Notes under the pieces: generated by a model | Database searches by the model: none | What the model was told of the DNA's origin: nothing | Seen by the model: only the letters and a program-made list of their open reading frames with translations | Shown: piece after piece, positions 1 to 11,776 of the stretch | How positions within the stretch are numbered: the first letter of the stretch is position 1 | How the letters are laid out: every line of letters starts with the position of its first letter | Assembly: GCF_009914755.1 (NCBI RefSeq) | Contig: NC_060937.1 | Origin: the human T2T-CHM13v2.0 reference genome, Homo sapiens | Reading direction: 5' to 3' (one strand) | DNA length: 64,000 bases | Made by a program: the position numbers and the translations under genes

Positions 1-19
1 AAACATTTTTTTGAAATGC

Positions 20-480
20 TCTTTTAAAATCAATTTTATTGAAGTATAAGTTACATACCATAAAAGTACTCATTTTGAGTGTACAGATTGACAAGTTCTG
101 ACAAATGTGAACAACCATGTAACCATCACCAAAAATAAAGATATGAGACATTTCCATTACCCCAAAAAGTTCCCGTGTCCCTCTCCAGTCAATATCCAGC
201 CCTAGCCCCAGCTCCAGGCAACCACCAATCTGCTTTCTGTTGCTATAAATTGTACTTATCTTTTCTAGTGTTTCATACAAATGGAATCATACAGCATTTA
301 CTCTTTTGTGTCTGTCTTCTTCTGCTCAGTGTAATGTTTTTGAGATTCATCTATGTTCTGTGCCTCAGTAGTTTGTTCTTTTTATTACTGGATAATTCCA
401 TTATAAGAATATACCACAATTTGTTTATCCATTTACTGCCTGATGGGCATTTGGTTGTTTCCAGCTTTGAACTATTTTGA
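20..480 (-). mobile_element. Old L1M (L1MB/MC-like) 3' fragment
   Basis: Antisense L1M 3'-UTR text (ttttattgaagtataa..., aaatggaatcatacagcatt, ttgagattcatc, ttgtttatccatt...gatgggcatttggttgtttccag). Continues at about 4630-5540. Confidence 0.7.
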
Positions 481-489
481 ATCCTAAAA

Positions 490-2750
490 GACTGCCAGTT
501 TTGAATGAGACCCCAGAACAATGAATGTAGGCTCTGTATACAAGTTCAGGCTGCTGGGCAACTTAGGCCTTAAGACACAACTCTGCCACTTAGGCCTTAA
601 GACACAACTGACATGATGGTGCTTAAAGTGGCTGTGATGGAAAAGGAGGCTGTTTGGAGCCTTTGGAGTGCCTTTATAGGTGAACCCCAGCATAGCACCT
701 AATGATTTGGAGCAAAGCTGTGTCATTCCCCAAAGATAACTATTCGCCTTTTGAGAAACATCTTCTAGCTACTATCAATAATAAACACAGAATGCATCAC
801 CATGGGCCACCGTGTTGTCTTTTGACCTGAGTTTCCATTGTGAACAAGAGTCATTTGATCCAAGGCAGAAAGTTGGGTGCACACAGCAGTGTTCCATCAT
901 CAAATGGAATATGAGATTGGGCCCAAGTAGGTCCTGCAGACACAAATAAGTTGCAAGAGCAAGTAGTACAGGCGCTTGGCCTGGCCAGTACTGTTGCCAA
1001 GTTGACTGCTTCCCCTCAGTCTGCATCTGTGGCTTCATGGGGAGTTTCCTATGACCACTTGATGGAGGAAAAAACAAATTGGAGCATAGTTTATAGTGCT
1101 GGTACTACCCAAAGTGGCTAGCTGAGGCACTACATCTCCACTCTGGGGTGCCCGTGAAGGACAGTGCCAAAGGAAAACCCCCTCAGTGAGCAGAACTTGG
1201 AGCAATACAAGTGGGTGTTCATTTTACCTAGAAGAGAAGATGTCCGTGAGTTACAGATCTACACAAAATCACAGAGAGTGGTTAATCGTTTAGTCTGATG
1301 GTCAGGGACTTCCAAGAGACATGATTAGAAAACTGGTGACAAGGAGTCCTGGGGAAGAGGCATATGGATACCTCTGAACACACACAAAACATGAGAATAT
1401 GTATCCCATATGAATGTTAACCAAAGAGCAGCCACAACAGAAGAGGATTTTAAAATCAGCTGAATAAGATGATTCATTCTGACAGCATCAGCTAGTCTCT
1501 TTCCCCAGCCACTGTTGCCCAGTGGGCTTACATATATCATGGCCATGGGGGCAGGGCTATGTATGGACACAGCAACATGGATTTCCACTCATCAAGGCCA
1601 ATTTGGCTCCAGCCATTGCTGAGTGCTCAGCCTGCCAAGATAGAAATCTACGCCAATATGGCACCATTCCCTGGGCTAGAAAACCAACTGGTGGAAGGTT
1701 GATTACATTGGACCATTTCCATCATGGAAGGGGCAGTGCTTTGTCTTCCCTGGAATAGACATTTACTCTGGATATGGATGTGCCTTCCCTGACTACTACA
1801 ATGCTCTGCCAAACCTACCATCCATGGGCTTAATTTTATTTGTTATAAAATTTCAACCACCATTGCTTCTGACCAAGGAAGTAATCTTACAGCAAAGGAA
1901 GTACAGATATGAGCTTCTGATCATGGGCTTCACTGGCCTCACAGTGAAGCAGGTGGCCAGATTAGAACAGTGGAATGGATTTTAAAGGCTCAGTTACAGC
2001 ACCAGCTGGGTAGCAACACCTTGCTGGCCTGGGGTTATGTCCTGCAGGATGCTTTAAGTCAGTGACCAATATATGATGCTATTTCTCCCATTGTCAGGAT
2101 TCATGGGTCCAAGAATCATGGGGTCAAAATGGGAGTGGCTTTTCTCACTATCACCCTGGTGTTCGGGTAGTAATTTTTCCTTCCCATTCCTGTAACTTTG
2201 GGCTCTGCTATTGCAGAAATCTTAGCTCCTGTGGGGGGAATGCTTCCATCAGGGAATACAATGGTGGTTCCACTAAACTGACAGCTGAGTTTGCCATCTC
2301 CTCGTGCCAGTGAATACACAAGCAAGGAAGGGGGTTCCTTTCTCACCTAGGGTGACTGATCCTAATTACCAAGGAGAAATTGGACTGCCACTTCACAATG
2401 AGGGTGAGGAGTATGTACTCTATGTGTCTGTGATTAATGTCAATAGAAAGTGACACCAACCTAGTACACAGAGGACTGATCATGGTCCAGGCCCTTCAGG
2501 AATGAAGATTTGAGTCACCAGGCAAGGAACTTGGACTCACTGAGGAGGGCATATTCCAAGGAGAATATTTTATCTATGTCCATCTATGTCCATCTATATT
2601 CCATCTGTGTTCCCCTTGGAATTCCTATTCATGAACATGGGGAATTCCAAGGGGAATATAGAATGAGTAGTGGAAGGTAGTTATAAATGTAAGTCAAAAA
2701 CCACACAACCAATTTGAGAAATGAGGAAGGTAATAGTGTTGAATATGTCT
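490..2750 (+). mobile_element. Decayed ERV-L (class III) internal region: RT connection, RNase H, integrase, dUTPase
   Basis: Translatable remnants: NYSPFEKHLLA (about 738), KVGCTQQCSIIKW (about 870), integrase zinc-finger region QQHGFPLIKA..ECSAC (ORF 1522-1758), WWKVDYIGPFPSWKGQCFVFPGIDIYSGYG (1689 onward), IASDQGSNLTAKEV (about 1862), dUTPase GVTDPNYQGEIGLPLHN (2350-2400). Many stops and frameshifts. Confidence 0.88.
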
Positions 2751-2792
2751 TCTTTATCTTGATATAAATGTATTTGTGCATATATTAACCAG

Positions 2793-2931
2793 TTTATTTA
2801 TTTATTATTATTTTTTGAGATGAGCTCTCGCCATGTTGCCCAGGCTGGTCTTGAACTCCTGGGCTCAACTGATTCTACCATTTAGTCCTCCGAGTAGCTG
2901 GGACTACAGGCATGCACCACCATACCCAGCT
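2793..2931 (-). mobile_element. Alu monomer (FLAM-like)
   Basis: Single-arm antisense Alu text, flanked by near-identical t(a/g)accagttt. Confidence 0.8.
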
Positions 2932-3154
2932 GACCAGTTTTTTCCTATTCCTCTACTTAATTTCTCTACTATACAACATAATATGTGTTAATGGTAGTTA
3001 ACTTTATATCTCAGTATTAAGTCACAAGATATCAAAAAGGGAATGCGACTTAGTTACAAGCAGAATGAATATCACTCAAAGATGAATAAAGAGAAGAGGG
3101 TTAGTGCATTTTCTGTTGGATGAGAGAAAGTTTCATTGTTAGGCAGAAGCATGA

Positions 3155-3440
<286 letters not shown>

Positions 3441-3529
3441 GTCACCACGGTCTTTTTGGGAGGCAACTTTAGCATGGTTAAGAGGTGCGAATGGATGTTA
3501 AGCTAACACCAGGTAAGCCCTGGTAGATG

Positions 3530-4628
3530 TGTATTGTGTCAGTGGGCCTACGCTGGAGCCATGTTTCCCCAAATTCACTTTTCCTATGTACCTCTGGATT
3601 AGTGTGGGCCACTGGAGACATTTCACATGAGATGAGGAAGGTGGGAGTGAAGGAGCAGCATCTTTTTACACTAAGCAGGTCGGGGAGGGCATGTGGCTCT
3701 GTCTCACATTGTTGGGAATCTGTCCATCATCTGGTTGGCTTAGGTCAGTGGGTGAGTTCACAGCTGTTCCAGCTTCTGCTGGAAACTCCTTCGGTTTCTC
3801 TGACTGCTCCGTGATGAGGGCATCAGATTCTCCTGCAGAAAGCCCCAGTGTTGAAGTTGGGGCTTCATGTTGGTGAGTGATAGTTACGGGTTCTAGCCCA
3901 ACCTGTGGTTTCTTGCAAATTTCAGTGTCAGCTCAGTCTTGCGGGTTTTGGGTTGTCCTTGCTTCCCACACTTCATGCCTTTCTTTCCCTCCTGACAGTC
4001 TGCCCTTTAGATTTTAGGATTCAGCACCAGCCACAGAAACAGCAACCTCACTGTTAAGGGTTGAATTGTATCTCCCCAAAAGGTAGGTTGAGGCCCTACC
4101 TGCCAGGACTTCAGAATGTAACCTCATTTGGGAATAGCATCATTGCAAATATAATTAATTAAGATGAGGGCATACTGGCTCAGGATGGGCTCCTAATTCA
4201 ATACAACTAATGTCCTTCTACGACAGCCACAGGAAGACAGAAACGCCAAGGGAGAACACCATATGCTGATGGAGGCAGTGGCAGCTGCCAGCCAAGGATT
4301 ATAACCAGAAGTCAGGAAAAAGCAAGAAGGAATCCTCCCTTAGTGATTTTACAGGGAGCATACCCCTGCTGACACCTTGATTTTGGACTTTTATTCCCCA
4401 AAACTGTAAAACAATACACTTCTGTTGTTTTAAGCCACTCAGTTTGTGCTACTTTGTTATGGCAACTCCAGAAAACAAAAATACACTCAGACTGTTTAAT
4501 CAACCTCCATAATTGCATAAGGTCTAATCCCTATAATAAATCCCTTAAAAATGTCTGTGTATATGTATTTAAAAATATAAAATATCTTCTAGTGGTTCTG
4601 CATCTCTGGTCAATCCCTGACTGATACA
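3530..4628 (+). mobile_element. ERVL-type LTR, interrupted by MLT1
   Basis: Ends taataaatccctt...tggttctgcatctctggtcaatccctgactgataCA, typical of ERVL LTR 3' ends, and lies downstream of the ERV-L internal region. Confidence 0.5.
4052..4485 (+). mobile_element. MLT1 (MaLR) solo LTR, MLT1C-like
   Basis: tgttaagggttgaattgtatctcccc...gacaccttgattttggactt...ttaagccactcagtttgtg...tttgttatggcaactccagaaaac..aca. Confidence 0.8.
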
Positions 4629-4722
4629 GAATATGTATTTTCATTTCTAATGATGAAATACCTGAATGAAATTTCTAGGACATATGGTAAGTGTATGTTT
4701 AGCTTTTAAGAAACTGCCAACT

Positions 4723-4972
4723 TGGGGGAATTGCTTGAGGCCAGGAGTTCAAACAGCCTGGGTAACAGTGATACCCTGTCTGTACAAAATAAAAAATATT
4801 AGCAGCGTGTGGTGGTGTGTGTCTGTAGTCCCAGCTACTCAGGAGGCTGAGGTGGGAGATTCACCTGAGCCCAGATCTTTGAAGTTATAGTGAGCTATGA
4901 TCACGCCACTGCACTCTAGCCTGGGTGACAGAGTGAGAAAGCTGGTCTCTAAAAAACAAACAAACAAAAAAG
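4723..4972 (+). mobile_element. AluJ-like, 5' truncated, inside L1M
   Basis: Alu text with TSD-like aagaaactg(c/t)caa on both sides. Confidence 0.85.
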
Positions 4973-5540
4973 AAACTGTCAAACTCTTCCCAACATGTTG
5001 CCATTTTTACATTTACCATTTTACATTCTTACCAGCAATGATTGATAGTTCCAGTTGCTCCATACCCTTGCTGACCATTCCAATAGATGTATTGTGTTAT
5101 CTCATTGTAGTTCTAATTTGTATTTCCCTAGTGATTAATGATGTTTAACATCTTTTCATGCACCTATTGGCTATATGTATATCTTCTTTAGCAAAATATA
5201 TGTTGTTATTTGAAGAGCGGAAGTTTTACATTTTGATGAAGTCTAATTTATTGATTTTTTTTTTCTTAGATGGCTCATGCTTTTTGTGTTATCTAAAAAA
5301 AATTTGCCTTCTTCATGGTCACAAAGACTTTCTCCTATGTTTTCTTTTGGAAGCTTTATATTTTTAGTTTTTATGTTTATGTTTAAGACCCATTTCTAGT
5401 TACAATTTGTGTGATTTTTTGGAAGGGTCAAGGTTCATTTTCTTTTCCATAAGAATGTACAGTTGTTCTAGCACCCTTGTTAAAAAGACTTTCCTTTCCC
5501 CATTGAACTACTTTGTCAAAAATCAACTGAGCATATATGG
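4973..5540 (-). mobile_element. L1M continuation
   Basis: Antisense L1 ORF2-end text (ctcattgtagttctaatttgtatttccctagtgattaatgatg; ttttgatgaagtctaattta; ttgttaaaaagactttcctttcccc). Confidence 0.75.
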
Positions 5541-5670
5541 GCATCATGAATTTTAATCCTGTTAGAACTGAATGTTCCCAAGGCAGGCCATGCCCATGAC
5601 TGACCTCCTTTCCTTGGATTGCCTACAAAACAGATAAAGCTAAGTCTGGAGCAAAGAAATCCATGTCTAA

Positions 5671-5978
<308 letters not shown>

Positions 5979-7384
5979 TAACCTTTGTTTTCTTACACAA
6001 CACACTACGTGATGTTTTCCACATGCATGGGTCATTTGCTTCATTTACGTACAAATGCATAAGCAATATACTGTGTGGTGTGAGTTTGTGATGGGAAAAG
6101 GAAGAGGTTTTGCGGATACTACACTGGCTTCCTGCTATCTGTCTGTGTGAATGGCTATGGACTTTGTCTTCTATTTGTTCGCTTAGCGCAGATATGATCA
6201 GCTTACAACTTAAGATTCTAGAGAAAGAGGGTCATATCTGTAAAGCACTCTGAGCATGTGTGAAGTTTAATCAATAGCATATGAGGTTACAGCAAATTCA
6301 CTATCTTTGTTTCTTCAGCTATAGAATGGCATGAGGATTCATCTCAATTTAGTTCAATTCTGTTCAGAACCATGAGCTAGCTGTTCATGGAAGGAAAGCC
6401 CACCTGATTGTGGCCAGGGAAGGAGAAACAACACTTTAACCAGGTTGATTTGGTTCTCACAGACACCATTGGCATGTGACATCTGGAACAGACCATGCCT
6501 GGTCTCTGTTCGTATCACTTACCATTCAGCTCAATATTGGTCTGAATATTCTTTAGACTGACTGAAATGAAAAGGAACTGTTGTGTAACCATCCATAATT
6601 CCAGCCTGTAGACCTGGGCTGTATCTCTATGCCCTGCCTGGCACAGACCCCACCTCCTGCTCCTTCTCCCTCACCACCAGTCAATCCTTGTCCTAATGAA
6701 CAGGGAGGGCAACCCTGAATGGGGAGTGGAGGGAAGAGATGTCATGAGATGGCAACGTGCACCCTGAAGTGAGGATGAAGGCTATGTGAATGTTGTAGGC
6801 TGACAGCCGGGCATAGTGGCCCCGTTGCCATGGCGATGGAGGCATGTTGATGCGAAGTGTCTGCACAGCTCCTAGGATTTTTAACAGCAGCTGGGCAGAG
6901 CCTCGGCGTCCCTGAATTGTTGCCCCCCTGAGTCACTGCTTGGCCCCAGCTGTCCTGATCTCTGTTGACAAATGGTTGTCCTTCACAGTCAAACTACTAA
7001 CAGTACTCTAATTAATGAATGTGCTAATTATTCTTGCCTACTCCCAGCATATTTGTCTAACTAACCTGTCACACACAGATCAGTGCAGCATATGCATAAT
7101 TACGGAGAGCGCTGGGAGCAGGGGATGGGTGGGAGAGGGGTGGGCTCGCAGCCCTGTCGCTGTGGGATATTTCTTGTAAAGTTACCTTTGCTAACGGTCA
7201 GATGTCGTGGGGATATGTTATTTCCCGTGAAGTGTATATGTCTTCCTTTCTTTCCTTTCTAAGAATCTCTCTTCAGGGCTGAGGGGCCATTGCTCAGTGC
7301 TTTAGCCTGTGAGGGGATTGCCAGGTACAAATGCAGAAGGACCAGGGAGCCCAGGTTCTGAAGACGATTCCGGTAGCAGCACGT

Positions 7385-7900
7385 AGGGTGATTAAAACTC
7401 CAGACTTTAAAGCCAGACCGGCCTGGGCTTGAACCCTTGTTCTGCTCCTTGCTATGTGGGTCTTTGCCTTGACCACATTTTTTTTTTTTTTTTAAGACAG
7501 GATCTCCCTCTCTTGCCCAGGCTGTAATGCAGTGTTGCGATCACAGCTCACTGAAGCCTCCATCTCTACAGCCTCAAGCGATCCTCCTGCCTCAGCCCCG
7601 AGTAGCTGGGACTACAGGTCTGTGCCACCACGTCCAGCTAATTTACTTTTGTAGAGTTGGGGGTCTTGCTATGTTGCCCAGGCTGTTCTCCAACTCCTGG
7701 ACTCAAGCCATCCTCTAGCCTCGGCCTTCCAAAGTGCTGGGACTATAGGCGTGAGCCACGGTGCCAGGCCCTTGACCACATTTTTAACCCCTCTGAACCT
7801 CAGTTTCACTTTCTGGGCAATGGGAGGGGGGTAATTTGTCCCTCAGAGGGTTGCACTGAGGGGCAAATGTGAGGCTCTGGGTACAATGCCCAGTACAGAC
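7385..7900 (+). mobile_element. MIR split by an AluJ (7478-7770, - strand)
   Basis: MIR core (ctctgaacctcagtttcactttctg) resumes after the Alu. TSD ccttgaccacattttt on both sides of the Alu. Confidence 0.8.
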
Positions 7901-8450
7901 TAGGTCCCCACGACACAGCCGCTCAGCGGCTCCGGATTCTGGGCTGCTCTGGACTGCGGCCAGGCGGTCTTCTGCGGGAATCCGGGCAGGCAGGGCGGGC
8001 TGCGCTCCCCTCCCCGGCTCTCCCGGTGCCCCTTGTCTTTTTGTTCTGTCTCAGCAGCTCTCTATTAAGATGAATGGCATTTCCAAAGGCTTCACCTCTG
8101 ATAAGTGTTCCTCTGCAGCTGCAGCCAGAATCTTAATGTGCGCGCTGTAATTTAATGGCCGTCTCGGCTATTAACACGCTCTTCTCGGGTGAAGTGGACT
8201 CCCTCCATCCCCGGGCCTCTGCACGTGCTCTGCGCACTGGCTGGGGGTGACTCCAAGGAGCTCAGAGCGGGGTGCCCGGCACCTCTCGCCAGGCGCCTTT
8301 CGACCTTCTAAAGCGCGAATGGCTGGACTTTTCTCCCATGTGTGGGGCCCCAGAAGGTGTGGGGCCCCAGAAGGTGTGGGGTCCCTGCGTTCCACGGAGC
8401 CCGGAAGGTTTCCAGTGATGGTGGGGGCTGACCACGTTGGTCCCCGTGGG
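7900..8450. promoter_or_regulatory. CpG-rich non-repetitive element about 3.3 kb upstream of ALOX5AP
   Basis: About 30 CpG in 400 bp by eye count, against a CpG-depleted background. GC boxes, E-box GCACGTGC 8221-8228. Confidence 0.6.
8341..8381 (+). repeat. 17-bp tandem repeat (tgtggggccccagaagg) x about 2.4
   Basis: Read directly. Confidence 0.85.
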
Positions 8451-8639
8451 TGCTGTTTTCATGTGCCGGCAGATTGGGATGAGTTTAAAAGACAGAAGCG
8501 TGTAGGATAGAGAAACTTCTTTAAAAACTGGAAATTTTAATCTGGGGATTATAACTATTGGACAGTCAAGTGCAAGAGTGAATACACTTCTCACTCCCTC
8601 CTCCCAATTTTTATTTGCGGGATTAGTCAGTCCCCCTCT

Positions 8640-9450
<811 letters not shown>

Positions 9451-9659
9451 TTTGTAAGAGGACTGGCCTTCATTTCTGATGCATTGTCACTAAGATGTAA
9501 GTGTTAGAAGAGCTAACGCTTTATGGGGTTCAAACTCCTTGGCTACCAAAACCTAAACATCCCCTGAAACTTACCAAACTGCAGGTATGAATTGGATCTC
9601 ACTAAGGTGAATATACAAATCTTGCAAGTGCTGAGCCCTAACCAATCTTGTAATAACTC

Positions 9660-10262
9660 TGTGGTAGTTAATTTTATGTCAAATTGATTGAGCTAAAAAA
9701 TGCCCAGGTAGCTGGTAAAATGTTTTTTTCTGGGTGTGTTAGGGAGGGTGTTTCTGAAAGAGATCAGCACTGGAATCAGCGGACTAAGTAAAGAATTCCC
9801 ACCCTCACCAATATGGTGGGTGTCATCAATCCACTGAGGGCCTGAATAGAACAAAAAGCGGGCAGAAGGGCAAATTCCCTCTTCTTCTTGAGCTGGGCCA
9901 TCCATCTTCTCCTGCCCTTGGACACTGGAGCCCCTTGTTCTCCAGCTTTTGGATTCAGACTGGGTCTTGCACCATTGCCCTCCATCTTCTCCTGCCCTTG
10001 GACACTGGAGCCCCTTGTTCTCCAGCTTTTGGATTCAGACTGGGTCTTGCACCATTGCCCTCCTTGATGCTCAGGCCTTTGAATGCAGACTGGTCTCCAC
10101 CAGCAGCTTTTCTGAGTCTCCAGCTTGCAGATGGCAAACCATGAAACTTCATGGTGTCCATGAGCATGTGAACCAATTTCTATTATAAATCTGCAATATA
10201 TATATATGAGGAGACTTATTTATATATTGGTTCAGTTTCTCTGGAGAGCCTTGGCTAATATA
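9660..10262 (+). mobile_element. MLT2 (ERVL) solo LTR with an internal 80-bp duplication
   Basis: tgtggtagttaattttatgtcaa...ctgggtgtgttagggagggtgtttctg...ttggttcagtttctctggagagcc. Confidence 0.85.
9901..10063 (+). repeat. Perfect 80-bp tandem duplication
   Basis: 9901-9980 is identical to 9981-10060, followed by tcc microhomology. Confidence 0.97.
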
Positions 10263-11106
10263 AAGTCTATACTCTACAAAGTGCCCTAGGTACTCAGGGA
10301 GTACCCAAGTGTGTCATGACCAGCCCGACAGCCCTGGCTGCTGGCTTCCCCGCACACAACTCTGCACGCTGCCTTCATCAGCCTTTCTCTCTCAGCTGAA
10401 CCGAGGGCATTGAAGCGGGCCTCTGGCACTGTACCTATGAGGGAGCAATATCTTCCCCTACACTGACCTCTTCCGTGCCGAGATGCAGCCCTCCCTGCTG
10501 CCACTAGTTACAGTGGTCCATGTTCCCTTTCAAAGTGAAGTTTTGATAAAAGCACCTCTTAACCAATGCCAAATAGCTAAGTCTGGGACAAAGATTGCAG
10601 GTATTTTGCATTTTCCATGTAACCTCAGAGGGATTGCCATTCACACTGATCTGAGCTGCAGAATACCAGGCAGCCACCTCACCCACCCAGCAGGTCCACT
10701 CTTATACTTTCTCAGAAAGCACAGCCACTCTACTCTTATTCAGTTGAAAAGAATTTCCAGGAAGGTGTTTCTGCGATTGCCTCAGAAAAGTCAGTTCCCT
10801 TTGGGAATTTCCCTTAGGGATCATCTGTAACTCCATTTCTGCCTTTTACCTGAATTCTTTGGTTTGGTTTGAATTCTTTGGTTTAATTTATGAATTCCCT
10901 TTATTACTTTTCTCTGAAGAAATGGAGATATCAGCTGTCCCTCCCCACTGCCATTTATTCCTTCCTTCATTCAAACCTTATGTGGCTGCTACTTACCGTG
11001 TGTTAAGTGTTCACTTTTTTTCTTGGAATTCAAAAAAAGAAGGACAGTATTTGGGGCACAGATCTTTTGGTGTTCTATACATTTTTTTAAAGTTTCATTT
11101 TACATT

Positions 11107-11276
11107 TGTGTGTGCGTGTGTGTGTGTGTGTGAGACAGTCTTGCTCTGTTGCCCAGGCTGGAGTGCAGTGGCATAATCATTGGCTCACTGTAGCCTCAAA
11201 GTCCTGGGCCCAAGCGATCTTCCCACCTCAGCCACCCAAAATGCTGGGGTTACAGGTTTATGCCACTCTGTCTGAC
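11107..11276 (-). mobile_element. (TG)n microsatellite plus Alu monomer (FLAM/AluJ)
   Basis: TG run of about 25 nt replaces the tail of an antisense single-arm Alu. Confidence 0.8.
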
Positions 11277-11536
11277 CTGAAAGTTTTGGGTTTACTTTCC
11301 CTTCTTTCTCTTTGCTGAAGTCAGAGATGATGGCAGCTTCCAGATTCTCTGGTGCCTGTGCTGGGCTCGTGCTGGTCATGGTCTTGGGTCCAGGATTCAT
11401 TCTGGAGACTCTCAGGGAAGTTTCCCATGACAAGGAAATGTAGGAGAGTGTGCTGGCTTTGCGTGCTCCTCTGCCAAGCCCTGCTTCTCCTGGTGGGACA
11501 CACTGAACCACAGCCAGGGCATTTTGGTGGTTAGTT

Positions 11537-11560
11537 AAAAAAAAAAAAAAAAAAAAAAAA
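11537..11560 (+). repeat. Promoter poly(A) tract, 24 A
   Basis: Uninterrupted A run counted directly. Confidence 0.95.
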
Positions 11561-11651
11561 GGAAGAAGAAGGCACTGTGTAATTGTGCCGGGGATCTTCA
11601 GAAATTGTAATGATGAAAGAGTGCAAGCTCTCACTTCCCCTTCCTGTACAG

Positions 11652-11706
11652 GGCAGGTTGTGCAGCTGGAGGCAGAGCAGTCCTCTCTGGGGAGCCTGAA
11701 GCAAAC
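11652..11706 (+). CDS. ALOX5AP: In-frame 5' extension of exon 1 for a longer ALOX5AP isoform (AGCAAGGRAVLSGEPEAN)
   Basis: Acceptor ctctcacttccccttcctgtaCAG at 11651, then 1 nt + 18 stop-free codons in frame with the ATG at 11707. Matches my recollection of an N-terminally extended isoform whose first exon lies upstream of this window. Confidence 0.6.
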
Positions 11707-11776
11707 ATGGATCAAGAAACTGTAGGCAATGTTGTCCTGTTGGCCATCGTCACCCTCATCAGCGTGGTCCAGAATG
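11707..11776 (+). CDS. ALOX5AP: ALOX5AP (FLAP) coding exon 1, MDQETVGNVVLLAIVTLISVVQN-G(phase 1)
   Basis: ATG at 11707 (aacATGG, good Kozak context). Translation matches the known FLAP N-terminus. Donor ATG|GTAAGG at 11776/11777. 70 nt. Confidence 0.98.

Larger units (their letters stand above)
11520..11706 (+). promoter_or_regulatory. ALOX5AP proximal promoter / 5' UTR
   Basis: Poly(A) tract 11537-11560, kB-like GGGGATCTTC 11590-11599, C/EBP-like TTCAGAAAT and ATTGTAAT 11597-11611, Inr/ETS-like CACTTCC 11632-11638. No canonical TATA box. A TSS near 11633 is recalled from the literature, not shown by the sequence. Confidence 0.75.

Noticed and set aside
11185-11715. 176-aa antisense ORF over the promoter
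   Set aside because: Runs through the poly(A) tract (poly-Phe) and into an Alu monomer, with no recognisable domain. Likely a chance ORF.
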